A DNA stretch of 64,000 nt from an uncultured Bacillota bacterium (GTDB lineage Bacteria > Sysuimicrobiota > Sysuimicrobiia > Sysuimicrobiales > Segetimicrobiaceae): assembly GCA_963804645.1 (NCBI GenBank), contig CAWDRG010000001.1, forward strand, positions 64,001 through 128,000. Reading direction: 5' to 3'. The notes under the pieces are model-generated. The model did not search any database. It saw only the letters and a list, made by a program, of their open reading frames with translations, and was not told the DNA's origin. Shown here piece after piece: positions 49,811-59,954 of this stretch (position 1 is its first letter; each line of letters opens with the position of its first letter). A program made the position numbers and the translations under genes.

Positions 49811-50877
49811 CCGCGACCGCCTCAGCAGTGGCGAGATGCCCGGCGTGTGGGGAGACGCGGCGACGGGTGCCGGCCGGCCCGCTCGAGTTCACGCTGCCGC
49901 CCGAACTGGAGGCGCGCGTCCCGCCGGAGGCCCGCGGCCTGCGACGGGACGAGGTCCGGCTCTTGGTGACCGACCGGGCCACGGACCGGATCGCGCACGC
50001 GACGTTTGCGGCGCTGCCGGAGTTCCTCGCGCCCGACGATCTGCTCGTCGTGAACGACTCCGCAACGCTGCCCGCCGCGCTGTTGGCGCGGCGGACCGCC
50101 GGTCAGGCGGTGCCGCTGCACCTCTCCACCCACCTGCCCAGCGGCCTGTGGGTCGTCGAGCCGCGTGGGATCCGGGTCGAGCCGGACGAGCGTCTGTGGC
50201 TGCCCGCGGGCGGATCCGCCCGGCTCGTGACCGGTTACCGCGGCTCGACACGTCTGTGGATCGCGAGCCTCGACCTGCCCGAGGCGCCGCTTGCGTACCT
50301 GGCGCACCACGGCCGGCCGATCGCCTACCCCTATGCGCGCGGCGAGTGGCCGCTCGAGACGTACCAGACGGTGTACGCGCGGGTCCCGGGGTCGGCCGAG
50401 ATGCCCTCGGCGGGACGGGCGTTCACGGCCGAGGTGCTCGCACGCGCGGCCGCACGCGGGATCGGCTTCGCGCGGCTGACGCTGCATGCCGGGGTGGCCA
50501 GCCCGGAGCGCGACGAGCCCCCGATCGAAGAGTGGTACGGGGTGCCGGCGGACACGGCGCACGCCGTCTCGGCCGCACGCCGCCGGGGCGGCCGGATCGT
50601 CGCGGTCGGCACGACCGTCGTCCGCGCGCTCGAGAGCGCGTGGAATCCGGCGGGCCGGGTGGTCGCCTCCGAGGGCTGGACCGATCTCATCGTCACGCCC
50701 GAGCGTCCCGTCCGGACGGCGGACATGCTGCTGACGGGGTTCCACGAGCCGCGCGCGTCACATCTGGCGCTGTTGGAGGCGTTCGCGGGGCGCCCGCATC
50801 TCGCCCTGGCCTATCGGGCAGCGCTCGACGCCGGCTATCTCTGGCACGAGTTCGGGGACCTGCACCTCATCCGCTGA
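49807..50877 (+). CDS. QueA-like protein (SAM:tRNA ribosyltransferase-isomerase paralog)
   Basis: DLLVVNDS, YQTVYA, GSAEMPSAGRAF, AVGTTVVRALES, TGFHEP, YLWHEFGDLHL; GTGA overlap with the SDR. Confidence 0.85.
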   Translation: MTATASAVARCPACGETRRRVPAGPLEFTLPPELEARVPPEARGLRRDEVRLLVTDRATDRIAHATFAALPEFLAPDDLLVVNDSATLPAALLARRTAGQAVPLHLSTHLPSGLWVVEPRGIRVEPDERLWLPAGGSARLVTGYRGSTRLWIASLDLPEAPLAYLAHHGRPIAYPYARGEWPLETYQTVYARVPGSAEMPSAGRAFTAEVLARAAARGIGFARLTLHAGVASPERDEPPIEEWYGVPADTAHAVSAARRRGGRIVAVGTTVVRALESAWNPAGRVVASEGWTDLIVTPERPVRTADMLLTGFHEPRASHLALLEAFAGRPHLALAYRAALDAGYLWHEFGDLHLIR

Positions 50878-50909
50878 CCGGCGGCGCCCAACGGCTCCGC
50901 GCGCGTCGG

Positions 50910-52199
50910 TTACGAGGTCGCCGCCTGGGTCTTGGGCTCGAGGCGCGAGACGCGGACCTTCACGATGCGCTGGCCGACCGTGCGCTCGACGCGCAGTTCG
51001 ACGCCGTTGACCGTGATGGTCTCGCCCTGCTGCGGCACGCGCCCGAGGTGCTGATAGATCAGTCCGGCCAGCGTGTCGACGTCGACCGCGTCGTCGGGCA
51101 ATGAGAGGTCGAGCGCTTCGTTGACCTCGTGAATGTGGGTCCGGCCGTTGACGACCGCCGTGCGATCGTCGACGATCTGGATCGGCTTCTCCTCGAGGTC
51201 GTGCTCGTCCTGGATCTCGCCGACGATCTCCTCGAGGATGTCTTCCATCGTGACCAGCCCCGCGGTGCCGCCGTACTCGTCCAGCACGATCGCCATCGAG
51301 ACCTTCTTCTGCTGCATCTCCCGGAAGAGCTCGTCGACCTTCTTCGTCTCCGGGACGAAAAACGCCGGGCGCAGGACCTTGAGCACGGGCGTATCGCGCC
51401 GCCCTTCGCGCAGGGCCGGAAGGACATCGCGCACGTACACGACCCCGACGATGTGGTCGACGCTCCCTTCATAGAGGGGCAGCCGCGTATGTCCGTACTC
51501 GATCATGAGTCCGAGCGCCTCGTCGATCGTCGCCGACGACGGCAGCCCGATGATGTCGATGCGCGGCCGCATCACCTCGCGCACGAGCGTGTCCCCCATC
51601 TCGAAGATGGAGTGAATCATCTCGCGCTCTTCCTCTTCGATCACGCCTTCTTCCTCACCGACCTGGACGAGAAAGCGCAGCTGCTCTTCCGTCACGAGCG
51701 GCGGCCGCGTCGTGATCGGCGCGCCGAACGGCCGGATCAACGTGGTCGCGATTAGGGACAGCACACGGATCAGCGGCCCGAGCACCCGCCCGATCGCGCG
51801 GATCGGCTCCGCGACCCGCAGCGCCATGCGATCGGCGCGGCGGGCGGCGAGCGTCTTCGGTGCGATCTCCGAGAAAATCAGCACGACCAGCGTCACGCCG
51901 ACAAACGCCACCCACTCGCCGTGTCCTCGGCCGATCAGCCGAATCGCGATCGACGTCGCGAGCACCGACGCGCCGATATCGGCGATCGTGTTGCCGACGA
52001 GCAGCGTCGTCAACAGTTCCCCGGGGTCTTGAAGCAGTTGGTGCGCCACGCGCGCGCGGCGGTCGCCGTCGTCGCTCAGCCGCCGCAGCGTCAGCCGGTT
52101 GGAGGAGAAGAGCGCGGTTTCCGACGCGCTGAAGAACCCGCCGAGCACGATCAGCGCCGCCAGGACCACAATCCACGGGGCAAGGTCCGACGTGATCAA
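50910..52199 (-). CDS. HlyC/CorC (CNNM-CBS-CorC) family transporter-associated protein
   Basis: [46 protein letters not shown]. Confidence 0.93.
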   Translation of the reverse strand: MITSDLAPWIVVLAALIVLGGFFSASETALFSSNRLTLRRLSDDGDRRARVAHQLLQDPGELLTTLLVGNTIADIGASVLATSIAIRLIGRGHGEWVAFVGVTLVVLIFSEIAPKTLAARRADRMALRVAEPIRAIGRVLGPLIRVLSLIATTLIRPFGAPITTRPPLVTEEQLRFLVQVGEEEGVIEEEEREMIHSIFEMGDTLVREVMRPRIDIIGLPSSATIDEALGLMIEYGHTRLPLYEGSVDHIVGVVYVRDVLPALREGRRDTPVLKVLRPAFFVPETKKVDELFREMQQKKVSMAIVLDEYGGTAGLVTMEDILEEIVGEIQDEHDLEEKPIQIVDDRTAVVNGRTHIHEVNEALDLSLPDDAVDVDTLAGLIYQHLGRVPQQGETITVNGVELRVERTVGQRIVKVRVSRLEPKTQAATS

Positions 52200-52310
52200 T
52201 CGGGGTCGCCATCCCTTGTCGCGGCGGAACGAGGATCGCGGGCGGTCTCGGTCGTTGCGGTCGTCACGATAGTACTATACCACGCATCGCGTCGGGCTAG
52301 CCGCGCGCGC

Positions 52311-52829
52311 TCAGCGGGCCCGCGCCGCAGCGGCCAGCAGCGCGGCCAGGCAGGCGGCCGCCAGCACGAGCGGCACGGTGCGCGACGCGACGAAAAAATC
52401 GAAGTGCGGGGCGAACACGAATACGGCCACGCACACCGCGAGGACGACGGACACGAGGACCGCGGCGGCCGCGACGTCCTTGACGACCGCCGCGACCGGC
52501 CCCGCGTCCGGATGCACGTAGTCGGTGACGTTCTCCAGCGCCGTGTTCAGCAGTTCCGCGACGAGGACCAGCCCGATCGTCAGCGCGAGCACCGCGAGTT
52601 CCACGCCGCCGAGCCCCGTGAGGCCGCCGGCGATCAGCACCCCCGCGGCGAGCACGAGATGAACCCGCACGTTCCGCTGGGTGCCGACGGCGTAGACCAG
52701 CCCCCGGACCGCGGATCCGAGCGAGGCGGCGAACGAACGGGGACGGCGCGGCCGGGACGGCGTCGCGGGCAGGACGGTGTGCGAGTGGGGCGCCGTGCGC
52801 CCGCTACCGAACGTTCCGGGCCTCCGCAC
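52311..52829 (-). CDS. dgkA: Diacylglycerol/undecaprenol kinase family protein (start uncertain)
   Basis: QRNVRVHL, AELLNTALE...D, VKDVAAAAVL; follows ybeY. Confidence 0.85.
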   Translation of the reverse strand: MRRPGTFGSGRTAPHSHTVLPATPSRPRRPRSFAASLGSAVRGLVYAVGTQRNVRVHLVLAAGVLIAGGLTGLGGVELAVLALTIGLVLVAELLNTALENVTDYVHPDAGPVAAVVKDVAAAAVLVSVVLAVCVAVFVFAPHFDFFVASRTVPLVLAAACLAALLAAAARAR

Positions 52830-53259
52830 CGAGGATCTTCTCGAGCAGCGTTTTCTGCTTCGACCACATCGCCGCCGCGCCCGCGTCGGTCTCATCCTCG
52901 TACCCGAGCAGGTGCAGCAGACCGTGCACCGCAAGGACCGCGACCTCGCGCCGCAGCGGATGCTTGAACTGACGCGCCTGTTCACGCGCGCGTTCGACCG
53001 AGATCACGATGTCGCCGAGCGCCGCGTCCGCGAACGCGCCGTCGTCCGGCTCCATCGGAAACGCCAGCACGTCGGTCGGCTGGTCGATGCCGCGGTACTC
53101 GCGGTTCAGCACTTGGATGTAGGCGTTATCCACGAGGGCGACGCTGACGTCGGGGGCATTCCGGCGTCCTTCGAGGCGCAGCACCTCGACGACGATCTCC
53201 CGGATGAAACTCGACTCGATGGAGACCTTGTTTTGCAGGTTCGTGATCCAGACATCCAT
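52804..53259 (-). CDS. ybeY: rRNA maturation RNase YbeY
   Basis: LNREYRGIDQPTDVLAF, LGDIVIS, HGLLHLLGY. Confidence 0.93.
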   Translation of the reverse strand: MDVWITNLQNKVSIESSFIREIVVEVLRLEGRRNAPDVSVALVDNAYIQVLNREYRGIDQPTDVLAFPMEPDDGAFADAALGDIVISVERAREQARQFKHPLRREVAVLAVHGLLHLLGYEDETDAGAAAMWSKQKTLLEKILGAEARNVR

Positions 53260-53489
53260 GCGCGCTTCGCCTCGTCCCGGTGTCCGAGCGATCGCGTGCG
53301 TCCGACAACTTCGGACGTGCTCCAGGTCTGGGCGGCGACACGCCCCGCACCGACAATGGGGTTCGTCCTCCCGGCGGCGGACCCCTCTTCCGTCTTCGGA
53401 CGCGGGATCGCGAGGCGCGGATGTCATCGGGACCCACGCGAGCGCACGACGCACCGACCCGGCGCGGTGCCGAACGCACGACGGTCGGC

Positions 53490-54467
53490 TCAGGCCGGCG
53501 CGGCGACCCGCGTGATGCAGCGGAATCCGATGTGGCTCATGCCGGTGTCGATCATCTGCGGCTGGCGTGCCGCCGGGCGGTAGCGCAGGCAGTAGTTCGG
53601 CGCGCACAGATGCGAACCGCCCTTCACGACTTTTCGCGGAATGCGCACCTTCGGCTGCCCGGGATCATAACTCTTCTCGGGCGAGAGGATGCGGGGATTC
53701 ACGGCTGGACCGCAGCAGGCCGCGGTGACCTCGTCGGCATGGCGCTGGACGTACCAGTCGCTGGTCCACTCCCAGACGTTGCCCGCCATGTCGTACAAGC
53801 CGTACCCGTTCGGCGGGAACGATCCGACCGGGCACGCGCCCTCAAACCCGTCGAGCAGCAGGTTCTCCCACGGAAACTCGCCCTGCCACGTGTTGGCCGG
53901 CATCGTGCCGCCCGGGAAGTGCTCGTCACCCCAGGTGAACTCGCACCCGTCCAGGCCGCCGCGCGCGGCGAACTCCCACTCCGCTTCGCTCGGCAGCTCC
54001 ATGCCGGCCCACTGCGCGTACGCCGCCGCATCCTCGTAGGCGAGGTGCACGACCGGGTGCCGCTCCATCCCGGCAAGCGAGCTGCTCGGCCCCCGCGGAT
54101 GGCGCCACGAGGTGCCGGGGATCCAGGCCCACCAGTTGGCGTAGTTCCCGAGGTTGACCGGGCCGAGCGTCCGCTGAAACACCAACGCCCCCGGCACCAG
54201 ATTCTCGGGCGGCGCGCCCGGGTAATCCTCGGGGTTCAGCGGCCGCTCGGCGACCGTGAGGTAGCCGGTCGCCTCGACGAACCGCGTGAACATCTCATTG
54301 GTCACGGCGTAGCGGTCCATCCAGAAGCCGGCGACCGTCACCTCGTGCACCGGCCGCTCCTCGGGATAAAACCGCTCCGAGCCCATGCGGAACGTGCCGC
54401 CCGGAATCCACAGCATGTCCGCGGCCGGCTCGCCGGCGCGGATCTCGGACTCCGTCATCTCGTCCAC
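53490..54467 (-). CDS. Formylglycine-generating enzyme (SUMF1) family protein
   Basis: FRMGS, LPSEAEWEFAARGG, NGYGLYDMAGNVWEW, KGGSHLCAPNYCLRYRPAAR, HIGFRC. Confidence 0.93.
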   Translation of the reverse strand: MDEMTESEIRAGEPAADMLWIPGGTFRMGSERFYPEERPVHEVTVAGFWMDRYAVTNEMFTRFVEATGYLTVAERPLNPEDYPGAPPENLVPGALVFQRTLGPVNLGNYANWWAWIPGTSWRHPRGPSSSLAGMERHPVVHLAYEDAAAYAQWAGMELPSEAEWEFAARGGLDGCEFTWGDEHFPGGTMPANTWQGEFPWENLLLDGFEGACPVGSFPPNGYGLYDMAGNVWEWTSDWYVQRHADEVTAACCGPAVNPRILSPEKSYDPGQPKVRIPRKVVKGGSHLCAPNYCLRYRPAARQPQMIDTGMSHIGFRCITRVAAPA

Positions 54468-54479
54468 CCTCCCCTCGCG

Positions 54480-54995
54480 CTACGGCGCGCGCCCTTCCAT
54501 CAAATTGCGCAGCCGACCGAGCACGCGATCGCGCACGGCGCGCCGCCGCGGCACGACGAGGATGGTATCGTCCCCGGCGACCGTGCCGACGACATCGTCC
54601 CACTGCATCTCGTCGATCGCGGCCGCCACCGCGTTCGCCCGGCCGGTGAGCGTGTGGATCACGACGAGCTCCTCCCCCGTGTCCGCCGAGAGCACGTACT
54701 CCGTGGTGGCGTGCTGGAGGCGCCGCAGCACGTCGACCGGCGACGGCTTCTCGGGCGCCACGTAGTGCGACCGCCCGTCCGTCCACGGCACCTTAACCAG
54801 GCCCATACGCTTGATGTCGCGCGACACGGTCGCCTGCGTGACGGCGAGCCCCTGCTCCCGCAGCCGCTCGACCAGATCTTCTTGGGTCTCGACGGGATGG
54901 TGCGCGAGGATCTCCCGAATCCGGCGCTCGCGATCCGCGCGGGTCGACTCGCGTCCCGGAAGCGCGGCGGGCAGGCGCCGCGCGTCGTCGCTCAC
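54480..54995 (-). CDS. argR: Arginine repressor
   Basis: TQEDLV, VTQATVSRDIK, GTVAGDDT. Confidence 0.95.
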   Translation of the reverse strand: MSDDARRLPAALPGRESTRADRERRIREILAHHPVETQEDLVERLREQGLAVTQATVSRDIKRMGLVKVPWTDGRSHYVAPEKPSPVDVLRRLQHATTEYVLSADTGEELVVIHTLTGRANAVAAAIDEMQWDDVVGTVAGDDTILVVPRRRAVRDRVLGRLRNLMEGRAP

Positions 54996-54999
54996 CGAG

Positions 55000-56505
55000 T
55001 CACCGTGGGGCCCCGGGCGCATGCCTCGGCGCCGCGGACGCATTCGCGTCCCGCTCGACCGGGACGGCGGGGAGGGCGGCGAGCCAGGACAGGTGCTCCG
55101 CGATCGCCGCGCGCGCGGTCGCCAGCTGCTCGCGAACGCGCTCGGGGGCGGTCCCGCCGGCCGACCGCTTGCCCGCGACGGCGCCGGCCGGGGTCGTCGC
55201 CTCGAGCGCCGCCGCGTCCAGCAGCGGGGAGAACCGCTGCACCTCGTCGGGCGTGAGCTCCCACAGTTCGCGGCCGTGCTCCTGCGCGTACAGCACGATG
55301 CGGCCGACGAGCTCGTGCGCCTCGCGAAACGGCATGCCGCGCCGGGCGAGCGCGTCGGCCAGTTCGGTCGCGCCCATCAAGCCCCCGCGCAGGTGCGACG
55401 CGATGCGCTCCGTGTTGAGCCGCAGGCCGTCGAGCACGAGCCCCATCGCCTGCAGGCTCGCGTGGGCGGTGTCGACGGCGTCGAACACCGCCTCCTTGTC
55501 CTCCTGCATGTCGCTGTTGTAGGCGAGCGGCAGCCCGCGCAGCATCCCCAACAGGGTGACGAGATCGCCGACCACCCGGGAGGCCTTGCCGCGAATCAAC
55601 TCGGCCGCGTCCGGGTTCTTCTTCTGCGGCATGATGGAGCTGCCGCTGCTGATCGTGTCCGACAGTTCGACGAACCCAAACTCCGCGGTGGCCCAGAGCA
55701 CGATCTCGCCCCCAAGCCGCGACAGGTGGACCATGAGGAGCGCGGCGGCGGCGGTCGTCTCGACGGCGAAGTCGCGGTCGGCCGTGGCGTCCAGGCTGTT
55801 CTCGGCCACGCGCGCGAACCCCAGGAGCGACGCCACGAGCGCGCTGTCGATCGGGTACGAGGTGCCCGCGAGGGCGGCGGCGCCGAGGGGCAGCACGTCG
55901 GCGCGGGCAAACGCGTCGCGAAACCGGCCGACGTCCCGCGCCAGCATCCACAGATACGCGAGCAGGTGGTGCGCGAGCAGCACGGGCTGCGCGCGCTGCA
56001 GGTGCGTGTAGCCCGGGATGATCACCGACGGGTGCGTTTCGGCGAGCGCGAGCAGCACCTGCTCGAGGGCCACGGTCCGTCCCACGATCTTGACGATCTC
56101 GCCCTTCAAATAGTAGCGCAGGTCGGTCGCGACCTGATCGTTGCGGGACCGGGCGGTGTGCAGCCGGCCGGCGGGCTCCCCGATGCGGGCGCGCAGGGCG
56201 GCCTCGACGAACGTGTGGATGTCCTCCGCGCCGGCGATCCGGAGCACCCCGGCGTCGATCTCCGCGAGAATCTCCCGGAGCCCGCGGACCATCTCCACGG
56301 CCTCGGCGGCCGGCACGATCCCGCACCGTCCGAGCATCGTGGCGTGCGCGATGCTGCCCAGGATGTCCGCGCGGTACAGCCGGCGGTCGAACGGCAGCGA
56401 CGTGGTGAACGCCGCGATCGTCGGATCGAGATCGCCGCGAAACCGCCCGCCCCACAGCCGCGCCGCGGCCGGCTCGTCCGGGCGCCCGCGCTTCGCCTCC
56501 GTCAC
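55000..56505 (-). CDS. argH: Argininosuccinate lyase
   Basis: LWGGRF, HTARSRNDQ, PGYTHLQ, SSGSSIMPQKKNPD, PFREAH. Confidence 0.96.
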   Translation of the reverse strand: MTEAKRGRPDEPAAARLWGGRFRGDLDPTIAAFTTSLPFDRRLYRADILGSIAHATMLGRCGIVPAAEAVEMVRGLREILAEIDAGVLRIAGAEDIHTFVEAALRARIGEPAGRLHTARSRNDQVATDLRYYLKGEIVKIVGRTVALEQVLLALAETHPSVIIPGYTHLQRAQPVLLAHHLLAYLWMLARDVGRFRDAFARADVLPLGAAALAGTSYPIDSALVASLLGFARVAENSLDATADRDFAVETTAAAALLMVHLSRLGGEIVLWATAEFGFVELSDTISSGSSIMPQKKNPDAAELIRGKASRVVGDLVTLLGMLRGLPLAYNSDMQEDKEAVFDAVDTAHASLQAMGLVLDGLRLNTERIASHLRGGLMGATELADALARRGMPFREAHELVGRIVLYAQEHGRELWELTPDEVQRFSPLLDAAALEATTPAGAVAGKRSAGGTAPERVREQLATARAAIAEHLSWLAALPAVPVERDANASAAPRHAPGAPR

Positions 56506-56514
56506 GGTCGCGCC

Positions 56515-57785
56515 CTAGCCGCGCGGGGCGCGCGGGCCGACCGGCGCCTGCACCGGCAGGGGCGACGCGTCGCGCGTCAGTTCCGGGTTCACGGCGGCAA
56601 ACACCTTCGTCGGCAGGCCGAACAGCCGGATGAACGCCTCGGAATCCTTGTGGTCGTAGCCCTCGCCGCGCCCAAACGTCGCGAGCCCGGTGTCATACAG
56701 CGACCGGTCGCTCCGGCGGCCGACGACGGTGCACACCCCTTGAACAGCCGCACGCGCACGGCGCCCGTCACCGTCTCCTGCGTGACGGACACGAACGCGT
56801 CGATCGCACGGCGCAGCGGCGAGTACCAGACCCCGTTGTACACGAGCTCGGCGTACCGGACGGCCAGCAGCGCCTTGTAGTGCTGCGTGTCGCGGTCGAG
56901 CGTCAGCGTCTGCAGGTGGTGATGCGCATCCATCAGGACGGTGCCGCCCGGGGTTTCGTACACGCCGCGGCTCTTCATCCCGACGAGGCGGTTCTCGACG
57001 ATATCGACGCGGCCGACCCCGTGCGCGCCGGCGCGGCGGTTCAGCGTTTCCACGAGGGCCACGGGATCGAGGGCGCGCCCGTCGAGCGAGACCGGGACGC
57101 CGCGCTCGAAGCCGAGCTCGAGATACTCGGGCGTGTCGGGCGCCGCCGCGGGGTCCACCGTCAACCGAAACATGTCCGCGGGGGGCTCGGCCCACGGGTC
57201 CTCGAGGATCCCGCTCTCGAAGCTGAGGTGCCAGAGGTTCTGGTCCATGGAATACGGCTTCTCCCGGGTCACCGGCACGGGCACGCCGTGCGCGCGCGCG
57301 TAGTCGATCTCCTCCTCGCGCGACCCGAGCGACCACTCGCGCCACGGCGCGATCACCGCGAGCTGCGGGGCGAGGGCCTGGTAGGCGAGCTCGAACCGCA
57401 CCTGGTCGTTGCCCTTCCCGGTGCAGCCGTGGGCCAGCGCGTCGCAGCCCTCGGCGAGGGCGACCTCCACCTGCACCCGCGCGATCAGCGGGCGCGCGAG
57501 CGCGGTGCCGAGCAGGTAGCGTCCTTCGTAGATCGCGTCCGCCCGCAGCGCGGGATAGAGATACTCCGTGACGAACAGACGGCGGACGTCGACGACGTGC
57601 ACCGCGTCGGCGCCGCTTGCGCGGGCCTTGGCCCGCACCTCGTCAAAATCGTCTCCCTGGCCGACGTCAGCCACGACGGCGACCACGCGCGAGCCGGGGT
57701 ACCGCTCCTTGAGCCACGGGATGATCACGGAGGTGTCGAGCCCTCCGCTGTAGGCCAGGGCAATGTTGCGGGGCTGCTGGGGCAT
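56515..57785 (-). CDS. argG: Argininosuccinate synthase (frameshift at 56736-56739)
   Basis: [34 protein letters not shown]; the C-terminus ([15 protein letters not shown]...AFIRLFGLP) continues in another frame after a G4 run. Confidence 0.92.
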
Positions 57786-57795
57786 CGCGCTCACC

Positions 57796-59031
57796 TCACC
57801 GTCCCGCCGTCTTCGCGGCGGCCTTCGCGGGCGCCTCCGCCAGCACGGTCCCGAGGATCGCGACGGCCTCGTCGACATCGGCGCGGCTGGCGATCAGCGG
57901 CGGCACCAGCCGGATCGCGGTCGGGCGGACGTTGTTCACGAGCAGCCCGTGAGCCAGGCACGACGCCGTCACCGCGTCCGACGGCACCGACAGTTCCACG
58001 GCCAACATCAGCCCGCGCCCGCGGACCTCGGTGATCGCCGGCGTGGTCTTGGCGAGCGCGCGCAGCCGGTCGGCGAGGTACGCCCCGGTGGCCGCCGCGT
58101 TCTCGACGAGGTGTTCGTCTTGGATCACCTTCACCACGGCCGTCGCGGCCGCGCACGCGAGCGGGTTGCCGCCGAACGTGGTGCCGTGGGTCCCGGGCTG
58201 GAACACGGCGGCGATGTGCTTGCGGGCGACGATGGCACCGATCGGGAACCCGCCCCCGAGGCCCTTCGCGAGGGTGACCACGTCGGGGGTGATGCCGGCG
58301 TGCTGATACGCGAACCACTTCCCGGTCCGTCCGAACCCGCATTGAATCTCATCGAGCACGAGCAGCAGCTTCCGCTCGTCACACAGGCGGCGGAGGCCGC
58401 GCAGATACTCGTCGCTCGCCGGGTGAATCCCGCCCTCACCCTGCACGGTTTCGATCATGATCGCCGCCGTCCGGGGCGTCAGCGCGCGCTCCACGGCCCC
58501 GAAATCGTTGAACGGCACCTCGATGAAGCCGGGCACCAGCGGCTCGAACCCCTCGTGGTACTTGGGATTCGTGGTCGCGGAGAGCGCCCCCATCGTGCGG
58601 CCGTGGAAGCTGTGGCTGGCGACGATGATCTCGTAGACGTCCTCATGACGGAGCGCGCGCCCCGCCTTGCGCGCGAGCTTGATCGCCGCCTCGCACGCCT
58701 CGGCGCCGCTGTTCATGAACATCGCGCGGCCGTCCGGGATGCCGGTGACCTCGACCAGGAGGCGTCCGAGCTCCGCCTGCTCTGGGATCTGGAACAGGTT
58801 CGAGACGTGGATGATCCGCGCAGCCTGCTCCTGGATCGCCCGGACGTGCGCGGGGTGGCAGTGCCCGAGGACATCGACGGCGATCCCGGCGAGGAAATCC
58901 AGGTAGGACTTTCCCTCCAAGTCCCAGAGACGCATCCCGCGGCCTTCCCGGAACGCCACCGGGGCCCGCCGGTAGTTCTCCATCAAGTACTGCTCGCTCA
59001 ATGCCACGACCTCACGTGTGGTCACGCTCAC
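57796..59031 (-). CDS. argD: Acetylornithine aminotransferase
   Basis: [56 protein letters not shown]. Confidence 0.93.
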   Translation of the reverse strand: MSVTTREVVALSEQYLMENYRRAPVAFREGRGMRLWDLEGKSYLDFLAGIAVDVLGHCHPAHVRAIQEQAARIIHVSNLFQIPEQAELGRLLVEVTGIPDGRAMFMNSGAEACEAAIKLARKAGRALRHEDVYEIIVASHSFHGRTMGALSATTNPKYHEGFEPLVPGFIEVPFNDFGAVERALTPRTAAIMIETVQGEGGIHPASDEYLRGLRRLCDERKLLLVLDEIQCGFGRTGKWFAYQHAGITPDVVTLAKGLGGGFPIGAIVARKHIAAVFQPGTHGTTFGGNPLACAAATAVVKVIQDEHLVENAAATGAYLADRLRALAKTTPAITEVRGRGLMLAVELSVPSDAVTASCLAHGLLVNNVRPTAIRLVPPLIASRADVDEAVAILGTVLAEAPAKAAAKTAGR

Positions 59032-59079
59032 GTTCCACCCCCACCCCAGAATCTCGCCGTGCCTCGCCACGGACACGCA

Positions 59080-59954
59080 TCACGGCACCAGCATCGTGCC
59101 GACCCCGCGCTCGGTGAATAACTCGACGAGCAGCCCGCGCGCCACCGTGCCGTCGATGATGTGGGCGCTCGGCACCCCGCCGGCGATCGCCGAGAGACAC
59201 GCCTCCACCTTCGGGATCATGCCGCGGCTGATCGACCCATCCCGGATCATCGCCCGCGCCTCGTCCGCGCGCAGCTCGGAGATCAGCGCGCGGTCCCCGT
59301 GATAGTCGCGGTATACCCCCGCCACGTCGGTCAGCAGAATGAACTTGCTGGCCCCGAGCGCGACCGCGAGCGCGCCGGCCGCGGTGTCGGCGTTCAGATT
59401 GTAGCCCGTCCCGTCCTCACCGATCCCGAGCGACGCGACGACCGGAATGTACCCGTCGGCGCTGAGGCGCTGCAGCAGCTCGGGGTGCACGGCCTCGACT
59501 TCCCCGACCTGGCCGAGATCCACGTCGCCCCGGTACTTGCGGGCGACGAGCGTCCGGCCGTCCACGCCGCTGATCCCGACGGCCTGCCCCCCGCCTGGAG
59601 AATCGAGCCGACGAGGGCCTTGTTGGCCCGGCCGCCGAGGACCATCTCGACGACCTCCATCGTCTCGGGATCGGTGACCCGCAGGCCCTTGACGAAGGTC
59701 GAGGCCTTCCCCATCCGCTCGAGCACGCGCGTGATCTCCGGCCCGCCCCCGTGCACGAGCACCGGGTGCACGCCGGCGCCCTTCAACAGCACGAGGTCCT
59801 GCGCGAGCGTGCCGCCCTGGTTCATCTCGAGCACGCTGCCGCCGAACTTGACGACCGCGGTCTTCCCCTTCCACGCGTTGACGTACCCCAGCCCCCGCGC
59901 AATCACATCGCCCTGGGCCTCGACCGCCGCGAGGTTAGGAGATATATCCGGCAT
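59080..59954 (-). CDS. argB: Acetylglutamate kinase (frameshift at 59587-59592)
   Basis: N-half VVKFGG, VHGGGP, GLRVTD; C-half GISGVDG, YNLNAD, GMIPKV, ELFTERGVGT in another frame after a G6 run. Confidence 0.92.

Noticed and set aside
49807..49866. CPACG zinc-knuckle at the QueA-like N-terminus
   Set aside because: Single CxxC in a region that may lie upstream of the true start; no partner Cys pair
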